Translations under genes and position numbers: made by a program
IMG/VR virus record: IMGVR_UViG_3300021963_000030
Length of the DNA stretch: 64,000 nucleotides
DNA from: a virus
Reading direction: 5' to 3' (one strand)
Notes under the pieces: generated by a model
Database searches by the model: none
What the model saw: the letters and a program-made list of their open reading frames with translations, nothing else
Told to the model about the DNA's origin: nothing
Shown: positions 10,029 to 19,205 of the stretch, piece after piece
Position numbering within the stretch: position 1 is the first letter of the stretch
How the letters are laid out: every line of letters begins with the position of its first letter

Positions 10029-10029
10029 A

Positions 10030-10605
10030 TTATCTATTAAATTGTTGTTGTTCACGTTCACCAATCACTTGACTATACTTCTTTGCAGGAGTTGGAACCC
10101 CGCCTAGTTTATTGTATAATTCTTCCATCTTGGACATTTGTTTGGATGCTTGGTCTACAGTTTCACGTTTGTTGTCACTACTACCAAATCCACCATCACC
10201 ACGTTGCGTCGCGGTCAAATCATCAACTTCAGCGAATCCACCTTGAACTGTTCCATGTGCTTCAAAAATGATTTGAGCAATAGCTGTTTCTTTGCCATCC
10301 TTGATGATTGGTAGTTGAACCGGTTTGTCTCCAAGATTGATTAGAGCTACCAAGATTTCGCCACGATAATCACTATCAATAACACCGGCAAGAACGTCGA
10401 GGCCATGTTTTACAGCAAGTCCACTACGAGGTGCAACTCGACCATAAAATCCCTCTGGAATAGCCAAAGCAATATCTGTTTTGAATGCCTTACGTTCACC
10501 AGGCTTTAATTCATACGATTCTGTAGTGTATAGATCATAACCAGCTGCACCAACACTACCCTTACTAGGAATTACAGCTTTATCAGATAGTTTCTTAATA
10601 TTCAT
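10030..10605 (-). CDS. dut: trimeric dUTPase with C-terminal extension
   Basis: All five motifs: AGYDL, RSGLA, GVIDSDYRGEI, IAQ, RGDGGFGSS. Confidence 0.97.
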   Translation of the reverse strand: MNIKKLSDKAVIPSKGSVGAAGYDLYTTESYELKPGERKAFKTDIALAIPEGFYGRVAPRSGLAVKHGLDVLAGVIDSDYRGEILVALINLGDKPVQLPIIKDGKETAIAQIIFEAHGTVQGGFAEVDDLTATQRGDGGFGSSDNKRETVDQASKQMSKMEELYNKLGGVPTPAKKYSQVIGEREQQQFNR

Positions 10606-11570
10606 TGAATTTCCTTTTTGATAGATTCAACATCAATCTTGTGCATGTCAAATCCAAGTTTACCTTGAGGCAAATTGTCCATATTGAACTCTTCACTATA
10701 ACTGAATATACCAAACTTCTTGGGTGGTGTAAAGTTATCAATAGTAAAATCCATTGCTTTAATAAACTCACGACACATATGTTCAGAATTGATACCACCT
10801 TCGTTTAGTGCCCAACGTCTACCTTCAGCACCATATGATTCACGCTTTTCTGGACCAACCAAATACCAATACATGATAGCCTCTGAGATATCTTTATAAT
10901 CGGTAAAATCATCCATGATATAAGGTGTTGGAGGACTACCTTGTAGTGTTTGAATCTTGGTCCATATTGGCTTAGCCCAAACTCCATGTTTCTTGTATTT
11001 ACCAGTAACATTGGTGCCAAATTCCAAATTAAACTCATATGGATTACCATCGTTGTCTACCAATCCAAGTTGATCTTGTAGACCACCAGTGACCGTGGCG
11101 ATTACTGGGGTTCCACACATAATAGCTTCAGCAATACTCAAACCAAATCCTTCATTGGAACTTACGTTTGCTACTACGTCACAAATATTGTAAAATGCAA
11201 CCATGTCTTCTGGAGTTCTTCGACTTTCGTCAATGACCACAGTGTAGTTAGGACAAATAGCTTCAATAACTGCTAACAAGTTGGTTCCTTGATCACACAC
11301 CTTGTCGGTATGCATTAACAAAGCACACTCACTCGCTTGTTCTGGAGTCAAATGATCACAAAAGTTTTTGAATGCCAATATTAAATTAGCGGGATGCTTT
11401 CTATGAGTATTTCTACTGTTGAATCCTACAACAAACTTATAGTTGCGATCACCAAAGAACTCTTTCTTTAGTTTGGTCACCAAGTTGTTATTCTTTGGAA
11501 GTGTAGTAAATACCTTCGAATTGATTCCGTGGGGAACGTAGTGTAGTAGATGTTTTCCTTTTACTGGCAT
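10602..11570 (-). CDS. GT4 glycosyltransferase, C-terminal part of a split gene
   Basis: YVPHGIN, FNSRNTHRK, SNEGFGLSIAEAIMCGTP. Confidence 0.85.
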   Translation of the reverse strand: MPVKGKHLLHYVPHGINSKVFTTLPKNNNLVTKLKKEFFGDRNYKFVVGFNSRNTHRKHPANLILAFKNFCDHLTPEQASECALLMHTDKVCDQGTNLLAVIEAICPNYTVVIDESRRTPEDMVAFYNICDVVANVSSNEGFGLSIAEAIMCGTPVIATVTGGLQDQLGLVDNDGNPYEFNLEFGTNVTGKYKKHGVWAKPIWTKIQTLQGSPPTPYIMDDFTDYKDISEAIMYWYLVGPEKRESYGAEGRRWALNEGGINSEHMCREFIKAMDFTIDNFTPPKKFGIFSYSEEFNMDNLPQGKLGFDMHKIDVESIKKEIQ

Positions 11571-12106
11571 ATAATTTTTCCTTCCTTGTCAAAGTCTCCT
11601 TGAATACTGGTGCAAAACTCTGGTCCCAATACCCACTTATTAAGATTATCTGTTTGTTTACTAATTGCGAACAACGCATCACAACTCTTGTAGAATGGAC
11701 GATTCCACATTGGATATGGCAAATCATCCCAAATATCCAAATATGTAAGTGGAATCTTGCTTCGGATTTGATTCTCAATTAAATACAACCATGCCCAATA
11801 ACGAGGATCTGTAAAGTGTAGAATTGCATCAGGCTTCTCAGCTCCAATTACTCCAAACAATGTTTCTTCGTTACCATAACCATCAACTGGATACAACTTC
11901 AAATAAGCATCCTTTAGACCTGTCATTTTATTCGAAGCATCACACATATCTACAACCTTGCCACCTTCTGGATGTTTGATAGCACCAGCAATCTGAACCC
12001 AATCATAGTGGTGTAATGTTCCTAATACTAACTCTCTGCTCATAGTAGCAACGCCACTATGCATTCGCAAATCATCACTCAATAAGAGTATTTTTTTCTT
12101 CTTCAT
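11561..12106 (-). CDS. GT4 glycosyltransferase, N-terminal part of a split gene
   Basis: KILLLSDDLRMHSGVA, HFTDPR, IWDDLPYP, FAISKQ; a -1 shift in a 5-A run joins it to the next ORF. Confidence 0.8.
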   Translation of the reverse strand: MKKKKILLLSDDLRMHSGVATMSRELVLGTLHHYDWVQIAGAIKHPEGGKVVDMCDASNKMTGLKDAYLKLYPVDGYGNEETLFGVIGAEKPDAILHFTDPRYWAWLYLIENQIRSKIPLTYLDIWDDLPYPMWNRPFYKSCDALFAISKQTDNLNKWVLGPEFCTSIQGDFDKEGKIICQ

Positions 12107-12327
12107 GGTTTTTTATCCTTGGATTTTGAAAGTTGAAACGGCTGATTATAGCTAAGCTGTTGAACGACACTCTCGCTAATTTCATTACGAAAAGTGTCAT
12201 CCTCAATATACTTTTCAAGACACTTATTTACAAAGTCTTGAAACGATATACGTGCTCGCACATTTATTTCCTTGAACTGAGTATATAACTCGTTGTCAAG
12301 TTTTACTGTAGTAACAAATTGTTCCAT
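12103..12327 (-). CDS. ribbon-helix-helix DNA-binding protein
   Basis: Strand TTVKL, helix DNELYTQFKEIN and helix SFQDFVNKCLEKYI. Confidence 0.7.
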   Translation of the reverse strand: MEQFVTTVKLDNELYTQFKEINVRARISFQDFVNKCLEKYIEDDTFRNEISESVVQQLSYNQPFQLSKSKDKKP

Positions 12328-12329
12328 AA

Positions 12330-12359
12330 CATATTAACATATATACATATGTGAATATG
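12330..12359. promoter_or_regulatory. imperfect palindrome, candidate operator
   Basis: catatt-a-acatat-atac-atatgt-g-aatatg (6+6 bp arms), 2 nt upstream of the RHH start codon. Confidence 0.4.
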
Positions 12360-12375
12360 CCAGGTTTGTTAATTT

Positions 12376-13260
12376 TTATTTGGTAGCTTTGCCGTCACAT
12401 GCTTTCTTGTAGTGGATACAATACTTGCAGTTCTTTTTCGCATTGCCTGGAATCTTAGGATACTGATTATCCACATTATAAGATCCATCAGGTTTGAACC
12501 CATGATCCAAGAATTCAATGAAGTTATTGATAGATTCTTTGATATGATTTGAGCTATGCGGTGGGATAAACACCTGAATTCTGCTTTGAGGGAAACTTAC
12601 ATTCTCAAGCAACTTACGTTTAACAATGAAGAATTCAACGTCAATTGACTCCAACGGAACATTGAATTTCTTACTGTATACGCTTTTATACAAATGAAGC
12701 TGGGCATACTTACTCTCATCTTCTTTCTGGTATTTATTCCAACCTTGGGTGCTTGTCTTGAAGTCAATGATACGGTATTTCTCTTTGTTTACTTCTTTGA
12801 GAACAATATCAATAAACCCGACAAACTCCACGTTGTTTTTCAGAGGAATTTCCAACGGAACTTCAATACCAATCAGTTCATAATCCTTTGCAGGAAAATA
12901 CTTGAGTCGATTAGCAGTCTTACAGAATGTATTGATAATGTCTTGACCATCAAAACAAAAATCGGTGAACTCTTCTTCGTTATAATCTTCAGGCTTCAAC
13001 TTTTTGATTTCCTCGTTGAATTTATCCAAAAAGATTTTATTGAGATTGAGTGAATCAGCCTCAGTTACGCTTTTCTTATAGAGAATATCCAGATAGGTTT
13101 GAAACACATGATGAATTGCGGTTCCAAATGTGGTATTAATGTTATCATCTCTAACCCTAAGATTCTTGACATAATCCAAATACCATTTATGAGGACATTT
13201 CAAAAACGTTGAGTATTGACTAAAACTTACTCTATTCTTTTTTATTTCTTGATCAGACAT
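12376..13260 (-). CDS. PD-(D/E)XK nuclease (RecB-C/Cas4-like)
   Basis: SFSQYSTFLKCP, GFID, IIDFKT, QLHLY, CKYCIH (four Cys overall); start placed at ATG 13260. Confidence 0.85.
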   Translation of the reverse strand: MSDQEIKKNRVSFSQYSTFLKCPHKWYLDYVKNLRVRDDNINTTFGTAIHHVFQTYLDILYKKSVTEADSLNLNKIFLDKFNEEIKKLKPEDYNEEEFTDFCFDGQDIINTFCKTANRLKYFPAKDYELIGIEVPLEIPLKNNVEFVGFIDIVLKEVNKEKYRIIDFKTSTQGWNKYQKEDESKYAQLHLYKSVYSKKFNVPLESIDVEFFIVKRKLLENVSFPQSRIQVFIPPHSSNHIKESINNFIEFLDHGFKPDGSYNVDNQYPKIPGNAKKNCKYCIHYKKACDGKATK

Positions 13261-13266
13261 GTTATC

Positions 13267-13294
13267 ATGATACACTATAACCTACAACTGTCAA
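13267..13294 (-). promoter_or_regulatory. sigma70-type promoter, likely leaderless
   Basis: TTGACA-16nt-TATCAT; ATG at 13260 is 6 nt after the -10. Confidence 0.7.
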
Positions 13295-13305
13295 TTTATA
13301 ACAAC

Positions 13306-13312
13306 TATTTAT
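13306..13312 (+). promoter_or_regulatory. TATTTAT motif, candidate late promoter
   Basis: 6 nt upstream of the ATG at 13319. Confidence 0.45.
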
Positions 13313-13318
13313 TAGCAT

Positions 13319-14056
13319 ATGAAAAAACTACTAGCATTATTACTAACAAGTGTGTCATTGTTCGCAAATGATCTTTATCTATATGATTCAGCTGATAAGG
13401 TTGAATTGGGTGAGGTTATCGCAAATAAACTCAACGTATTGCCTACAGTAAATGGCAAGACGTATACTTTAACTAACAATTTATCTGTAACAATTAGCAC
13501 AAATGGATCTGCGACATACGCCCTGCCATATAGGGTTGCTGTGTATCAAAAGGAAAACTCATCGGCTTATTTCAATGAAACTCAGACTGAGTATGTAAAC
13601 AATTTTTCGCTACCTGAAGTGGTGAAAATCAAGGATCATTCTCTTAACTTTTCGACTCAAGGAGAGCTATATGTAATTAGCGAGTCTGAAAAACAAGTCA
13701 CCGTTGGAACATCAATGGCAATCATTATTTTTGACAAAGCAAAGATTTTTGTTAAGTCCGGTGAAAAGTTTACGCAAGTATATGTTGTGGAAGGCAAAGC
13801 CACTGTATTGGATGCTAAGAGCAGCAAGAAAAAGAAAGAGTTGAAAGAAGGAGATTTTTTGGTAATTACCCCTCAAGCATCGTTGAGTCCAAGAGAAGCA
13901 ACCATCAAGACATCGGGTAATAGCTTTAGCATAAAGGAAGTAGAAGATGTAGAAAAAGAAGTTCATACTGGCGAACTAAAGAATTTACAATCTAAACTTG
14001 ACAATGTTTTGTTTGTGAATTATGGTAATAACATATTTGGTTTTAAATTAAAGTAA
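13319..14056 (+). CDS. secreted protein with FecR-like domain
   Basis: Signal peptide MKKLLALLLTSVSLFA; beta-rich region ending TQVYVVEGKATV as in FecR domains. Confidence 0.6.
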   Translation: MKKLLALLLTSVSLFANDLYLYDSADKVELGEVIANKLNVLPTVNGKTYTLTNNLSVTISTNGSATYALPYRVAVYQKENSSAYFNETQTEYVNNFSLPEVVKIKDHSLNFSTQGELYVISESEKQVTVGTSMAIIIFDKAKIFVKSGEKFTQVYVVEGKATVLDAKSSKKKKELKEGDFLVITPQASLSPREATIKTSGNSFSIKEVEDVEKEVHTGELKNLQSKLDNVLFVNYGNNIFGFKLK

Positions 14057-14286
14057 TGACGTTACAGCAGCTTCATAGTCTTACAGAAGACGAATTATCA
14101 ATATTGTGGTATTGCGTGAACAAGGTCAACCCACCTGTATTAGCAGGAGTTGACCTTGAACCGTCTTTATTCACAAGCATTAATCATAGAAAATTGATGA
14201 ACCGTCTGACGAACTGCAGGATTTTGATCAAACCAGAACATCTTCCAGTTTTTGATGGACTTATGGACAAGTTGCGACTACCATAA
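14056..14286 (+). CDS. hypothetical protein
   Basis: 76-aa ORF with TAATG stop/start coupling. Confidence 0.65.
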   Translation: MTLQQLHSLTEDELSILWYCVNKVNPPVLAGVDLEPSLFTSINHRKLMNRLTNCRILIKPEHLPVFDGLMDKLRLP

Positions 14287-14297
14287 GATCATAGGTT

Positions 14298-16955
14298 ATG
14301 TATCAAAACATCTATTTCGACAAAAAGACAAATACGTGTCATCTGTGGGATGATAAAAAGGGTTATACGAGTTTCGTGTTTCGACCCTATGCTTATCGCA
14401 AGCGTCCGAACGGAAAGTATAAGAGTATCTTTGGAGACGATCTTGAGAAGGTCCACAGTTTCAATCCTAGAGATCCATCGTTGTTTGAGTCTGATGTTCC
14501 GATTGAAACCCGTATCTTGATCGATGCCTACGAGGATAGTGACGATTTGTCGGAGGGTCATCGTGTGTTGTATCTTGACATTGAGGTCAGCACTGAAGGT
14601 GGGTTTCCAAACGTAGAACAAGCGGACAAGGAAATCACAGCTATCGCAATTTGTGATGGTGTAACCGAAAAATATACCGCTTTCATTCTTGATAGAGATG
14701 GTAAACTAGAACAATTCTCAAAAGATAATGTTGAGGTATTGAGTTTTACTACAGAAGAAAGTTTGTTGTCTCACTTTGTGACCAAGTGGGAAGAAATTCA
14801 ACCAACTATTGTGACTGGTTGGAACAGTAATGACTTCGATATGCCTTATTTGTATCGGCGTATGAAGAGTGTGATTGGTGCGTCTCAAGCAAAACGTATG
14901 AGTCCTATTGGTGTGACTTATATCAACGATTGGAGTAAGAAACTTGTGATCGCTGGTGTAACTCATTTGGACTATATGCGTCTTTATGAAAAGTTGAACA
15001 TCAAGAAAGAGCCAAGTTACGCACTAAATGCGATTGGTAAGAAGATTGTAGGTATGGAGAAGATTACCTACAAGGGAAGTCTTGATGATCTTTACAAGTC
15101 TGATATCAACAAGTATATCGAATATAACTTGAACGACGTTCAGATCATTGTTGCTTTGGAAAAGAAACTTCAATTTATTGAGTTGGCTAGAGCTATTTGT
15201 CACAAGGGTCACGTTCCATATGACTGTTACCAAATGAGTTCACGATTCATTGAGGGTGCAATTCTTATGTATCTTCGCCGTAAGGGTCAAGTCGCTAAAA
15301 ACAAGCCTTTGGAAGGTCGTGAGGAATATGAACAACGAATGGATGAAAACGAAGAAGGATTTGAGGGTGCATATGTCAAGGCTCCTGTGCCTGGTCGTTA
15401 CGAGTGGGTTTTTGATTTGGACCTCACATCAATGTATCCGAATATCATCATCAGTCTTAACATCAGCCCTGAGACCAAGATAGGTGTTATTGATCGTATT
15501 GAATATGATGACAAGTTTGTTGATGATCGTAGAAAGGATCTGACCGACGATTGGCAGAATCTTAGTGATAATACTCAGAAAGATACTCCTCTGGAACAGT
15601 ATATTGAACAGAGATTGTATGGATACAGTGCCAAGATGTATACACAAAACCGTGTGTCTAAGTATCACATCGGTGGTAATGTATATTCTCAAGATGATTT
15701 CAAGAAACTTGTCAATGAATCCAAGTTGAGTATTGCCAGTAATGGTGTATTGTATTACAAAGAAACCACTGGTGTTATTCCAGAAATTCTTGTGAAGTGG
15801 TTCGATGAACGTAAGGAAATGCGTAAGTTGGCAAAGAAGTATCATGAACAAGGTGATGAAGGTATGTATGAATTCTATGAACAACGTCAGAAGGTTCAAA
15901 AGGTTCTACTCAACTCCATTTACGGTGTTTTGGGTCTGCCTATCTTCCGTTTCTATGATAAGGATAATGCGAGTGCCGTAACAATCACTGGTCAAGATAT
16001 TATCAAAACCACGGGTAAGGCAATCAACGAATATTTCAAGAAGACTCTGAATGAAACAGAAGGTGATTGGGTGATTTATACCGACACAGATTCGTGTTTC
16101 GCCAGTGCGTTGCCTATTATCCAAAAGAACATGCCTGAAATCGACCAGTCTGATGAAAAACAGATGACTGAGGCAATCTTGAAGGTAACGGGTGAGGTTC
16201 AGACATTCGTAAACAAGTTTTATGACATGATGGCGGTTCGTTTCTTCAATATTGATAAACATCGGTTTGATGCAAAACAAGAAGTTATTGCCAAGACTGG
16301 TTTTTGGTTGGCCAAGAAACGTTATGCCCAGTTTATCATCAACAAGGGTGGTATCGTGTGCGACGAAATGGAAGTAAAGGGTATTGACGTTGTTAGAACA
16401 TCATTCCCAATTCAATTCAGAAAGTTCATGCAACAGTTCTTGGATGATATTCTTCGTAAGACTGATAAAGAAATTATCGATCAAAATATCTTGAATTTCT
16501 TGGAGTCCAACTTGGTAAACTCACCAGTCATTGAAATTGCAAAGAATACTAGTGTTAAGTTCAAGAGTGGTGGTGAAACCAAGACTGATTACAATCCAAA
16601 GAGTCGTAGTAAGTTCAAGTATATCAAGGGAACTACAGCTCAGGCTAAGGCAGCTTTGTTTTACAACGATCTATTGCAACATTGGGAATTGGACAAGATT
16701 ATTCCTCCGATCTTTCATGGACAAAAGATCAAGTGGGTATATCTAAAGCCTAATGAGTTTGGATCTGACTGTATTGCCTTGAAGGCGGACGGAACCGATC
16801 CAGACAGAATTCTAGAGTTTATCAATCAATATGTTGATCGAAGTGCGATGTATGAACAAGAGTTGAAAGGTAAACTGCTTGATTTCTATCAAATTCTAAA
16901 CTGGGATTATCCTAATCAAACTGATAAGACGCTTGGTGAGTTCTTTAGTTTTTGA
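14298..16955 (+). CDS. 43: family B DNA polymerase (T4 gp43-like), no intein
   Basis: Exo motifs LDIEV, GWNSNDFD, YNLND; Pol motifs DLTSMYP, KVLLNSIYG, YTDTDS. Confidence 0.98.
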   Translation: MYQNIYFDKKTNTCHLWDDKKGYTSFVFRPYAYRKRPNGKYKSIFGDDLEKVHSFNPRDPSLFESDVPIETRILIDAYEDSDDLSEGHRVLYLDIEVSTEGGFPNVEQADKEITAIAICDGVTEKYTAFILDRDGKLEQFSKDNVEVLSFTTEESLLSHFVTKWEEIQPTIVTGWNSNDFDMPYLYRRMKSVIGASQAKRMSPIGVTYINDWSKKLVIAGVTHLDYMRLYEKLNIKKEPSYALNAIGKKIVGMEKITYKGSLDDLYKSDINKYIEYNLNDVQIIVALEKKLQFIELARAICHKGHVPYDCYQMSSRFIEGAILMYLRRKGQVAKNKPLEGREEYEQRMDENEEGFEGAYVKAPVPGRYEWVFDLDLTSMYPNIIISLNISPETKIGVIDRIEYDDKFVDDRRKDLTDDWQNLSDNTQKDTPLEQYIEQRLYGYSAKMYTQNRVSKYHIGGNVYSQDDFKKLVNESKLSIASNGVLYYKETTGVIPEILVKWFDERKEMRKLAKKYHEQGDEGMYEFYEQRQKVQKVLLNSIYGVLGLPIFRFYDKDNASAVTITGQDIIKTTGKAINEYFKKTLNETEGDWVIYTDTDSCFASALPIIQKNMPEIDQSDEKQMTEAILKVTGEVQTFVNKFYDMMAVRFFNIDKHRFDAKQEVIAKTGFWLAKKRYAQFIINKGGIVCDEMEVKGIDVVRTSFPIQFRKFMQQFLDDILRKTDKEIIDQNILNFLESNLVNSPVIEIAKNTSVKFKSGGETKTDYNPKSRSKFKYIKGTTAQAKAALFYNDLLQHWELDKIIPPIFHGQKIKWVYLKPNEFGSDCIALKADGTDPDRILEFINQYVDRSAMYEQELKGKLLDFYQILNWDYPNQTDKTLGEFFSF

Positions 16956-16968
16956 TACTTCTTATAAG

Positions 16969-16997
16969 TTGAAAGTGGATAGACTGTTTGTTATTAT
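16969..16997 (+). promoter_or_regulatory. sigma70-type promoter with extended -10, likely leaderless
   Basis: TTGAAA-17nt-TATTAT with TGn; ATG at 17004 is 6 nt after the -10. Confidence 0.5.
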
Positions 16998-17003
16998 TGA
17001 GCA

Positions 17004-17423
17004 ATGAGTTCCTACGAAAAATTGTTAAATATTCCAATTGATGGTGCTAAGATGTATTTATACTCGGCACTATCATCTATTCCAGTCGCAACACAGTATC
17101 AACGTGTAGTAATTGGTCAACGGGGACCATATATTGAATTTACCAAGAATCAGATTGTTGACACCGAACTTTATATACCAAAGTCACAGCTATATCGGTT
17201 GAGTGATCCGAAGGTGTATTACATTGAGTTTAGAACATTACAAAATAATGTAAAGGTATATTATCAAATGCGAAGTGTGGCATATGCCGACTACTTGATC
17301 AATCACTTTTACATATCGCCGAGTGATCTATATTTTGTAGAAGATGGTAACGTAAAAACTTGTATCAAAGAACAAGATGCCAAAGTTAGTATTATACCAG
17401 AAGAATTTTTTGAAACGGTTTGA
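17004..17423 (+). CDS. conserved-looking hypothetical protein
   Basis: 139 aa; RVVIGQRGPYIEF and VAYADY motifs. Confidence 0.75.
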   Translation: MSSYEKLLNIPIDGAKMYLYSALSSIPVATQYQRVVIGQRGPYIEFTKNQIVDTELYIPKSQLYRLSDPKVYYIEFRTLQNNVKVYYQMRSVAYADYLINHFYISPSDLYFVEDGNVKTCIKEQDAKVSIIPEEFFETV

Positions 17424-17448
17424 CAGTAACATAACAACATAGTAACAT
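17420..17448 (+). promoter_or_regulatory. sigma70-type promoter, likely leaderless
   Basis: TTGACA-17nt-TAACAT; ATG at 17456 is 7 nt after the -10. Confidence 0.6.
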
Positions 17449-17455
17449 AGAAAAC

Positions 17456-18193
17456 ATGAAGAAAGAAACATTAAATACATTCATCGACAAATACTCGCTA
17501 AACGGAACTATTGAGTCTGTAAAGTGGGTGGTAAGTGCAAAAGACAAAAATATCAAGACATCTGCGATTAGTGATGACAAGAACGTTTTGGGATTTGTCA
17601 CTATCAAGACTAATGATGGATTGGAAGATATGGAAATTGGTGTCAATGACACTGCCAAGCTGAAGAAGATGTTGACAGTCTTGGCAGAAGAGTTGACTAT
17701 TTCTCCAACCAAGACAAACGAAAAGGTTACATCTTTGACACTGGCAAGTGCAGAAACGGACGTTCAGTATGTTACGTCTGACTTGAGTGTGATTCCCAAG
17801 GCGGTTGAACTCAAGAAATTGCCTCCGTTCAACTTGGAGATTCCATTGACCAAGGAGTTCGTAACGACCTTTGTAAAGGCAAAGAGTGCGTTGAGTGACG
17901 TTGATATCTTTACTCTGACCACAGATAAGAAGGGTAAGATCAAGATGACTCTAGGATTTAGTAATGTAAACAGTAATCGTATCAATATTGAGGTAAAGCC
18001 TACCGCTGGTAAGGATAAGATTGGCAAGACTCTACATTTCAGTGCGAAGTATCTCAAGGAGATCTTGACTTCCAATACAGACTGTGATAATGCTGTATTG
18101 AAGATCAGTGACGCAGGTATTGCGAACGTTGAGTTTGATAACGATATGTTCAACAGCAATTACTTTCTGATCGAATTCAAGAACATTGACTAA
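17456..18193 (+). CDS. 45: sliding clamp (T4 gp45-like)
   Basis: 245 aa beta-rich protein between the polymerase and clamp loader; C-terminal FSAKYLKEIL...LKISDAGI..VEF pattern. Confidence 0.8.
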   Translation: MKKETLNTFIDKYSLNGTIESVKWVVSAKDKNIKTSAISDDKNVLGFVTIKTNDGLEDMEIGVNDTAKLKKMLTVLAEELTISPTKTNEKVTSLTLASAETDVQYVTSDLSVIPKAVELKKLPPFNLEIPLTKEFVTTFVKAKSALSDVDIFTLTTDKKGKIKMTLGFSNVNSNRINIEVKPTAGKDKIGKTLHFSAKYLKEILTSNTDCDNAVLKISDAGIANVEFDNDMFNSNYFLIEFKNID

Positions 18194-18201
18194 TATAAAT
18201 T

Positions 18202-19161
18202 ATGAGTTTCTTTACTGAAACAGAACAACCGCAGGTTTCGGATCATGGTGTTTGGGCAGAAAAGTATCGTCCAGACACACTTGAAGACTATATTTGTGAT
18301 GAGCGAGTCAGATCGATCATTACGGATTTTATCAACAAGAAGAATGTGCCTGGTCATTTGCTTTTTCACGGTAATGCGGGAACTGGCAAAACGACGTTGG
18401 CAAAGATTATCACCAAGAATATTCCTTGTGATGTGATGTATGTCAACGCATCGGATAATACTGGTGTGGACTTTGTTCGTGATAAGATCAAGCCATTCGC
18501 TTCGACGATGGGTTTCAATGACCTAAAGATTGTGATTTTGGATGAGTCTGATTATATGTCTCAGAACTCACAGGCATCACTTCGTAATTTGATGGAGACC
18601 TACAGTAAGACCACACGGTTCATTCTTACATGTAACTATATTGATAAGATTATTGAACCGTTGTTTAGTAGGACTCAAGTGTTCAAGTTGGAACCTCCCA
18701 CTATGAAGGATGTTGCGATGTATATCGTTAAGATCTTGACTAAGGAGAATATCTCTTATGATATGCCTGAGGTTGCGACTGTGGTTAAGGAATATTATCC
18801 AGATATCCGTAAGATTGTCAACGTGGTTCAACAGAGTTCTACTAGTGGCAAACTTGAGTTGGTCAAACTACAAAGTGCCAATGCGGATGTAAAGAACAAG
18901 ATGATTTCTATTCTTAAGACCGCAAAGACCAACAAGAAAGCGTTTACAGAGATCCGACAGTTGATCAACGATGTGGGTATTAAACACTTTGATGAATTGT
19001 ATTCTGAGTTGTATAACAAGGCTACGGAATATGACAATGGACATACAATTAGTGTGATCGTGGACATATCAGAAAGTCTGTATCAGAATTCGTTGGTTAT
19101 TGATAAAGAAATTACGTTTATGGCTTGTATTGCCAAGATCATAAAAGTCATATCCAAGTAA
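18202..19161 (+). CDS. 44: clamp loader AAA+ subunit (T4 gp44/RFC-like)
   Basis: WAEKYRP, GNAGTGKTT, NASD, ILDESD, FILTCN, SRT, YPDIRK. Confidence 0.97.
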   Translation: MSFFTETEQPQVSDHGVWAEKYRPDTLEDYICDERVRSIITDFINKKNVPGHLLFHGNAGTGKTTLAKIITKNIPCDVMYVNASDNTGVDFVRDKIKPFASTMGFNDLKIVILDESDYMSQNSQASLRNLMETYSKTTRFILTCNYIDKIIEPLFSRTQVFKLEPPTMKDVAMYIVKILTKENISYDMPEVATVVKEYYPDIRKIVNVVQQSSTSGKLELVKLQSANADVKNKMISILKTAKTNKKAFTEIRQLINDVGIKHFDELYSELYNKATEYDNGHTISVIVDISESLYQNSLVIDKEITFMACIAKIIKVISK

Positions 19162-19192
19162 ATGTAAAAAGTAGATAAATACCCACTCGGAC

Positions 19193-19199
19193 TATTTAT
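19193..19199 (+). promoter_or_regulatory. TATTTAT motif heading the glycan island
   Basis: 6 nt upstream of the ATG at 19206. Confidence 0.45.
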
Positions 19200-19205
19200 T
19201 TCCAA

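Noticed and set aside
12376-13260. CRISPR-associated Cas4
   Set aside because: No repeat-spacer array or other cas genes in the window; stand-alone PD-(D/E)XK nucleases are common in phages.
14298-16955. Intein or intron in the DNA polymerase
   Set aside because: Length (885 aa) and motif spacing are normal; no splice-junction or LAGLIDADG motifs seen.
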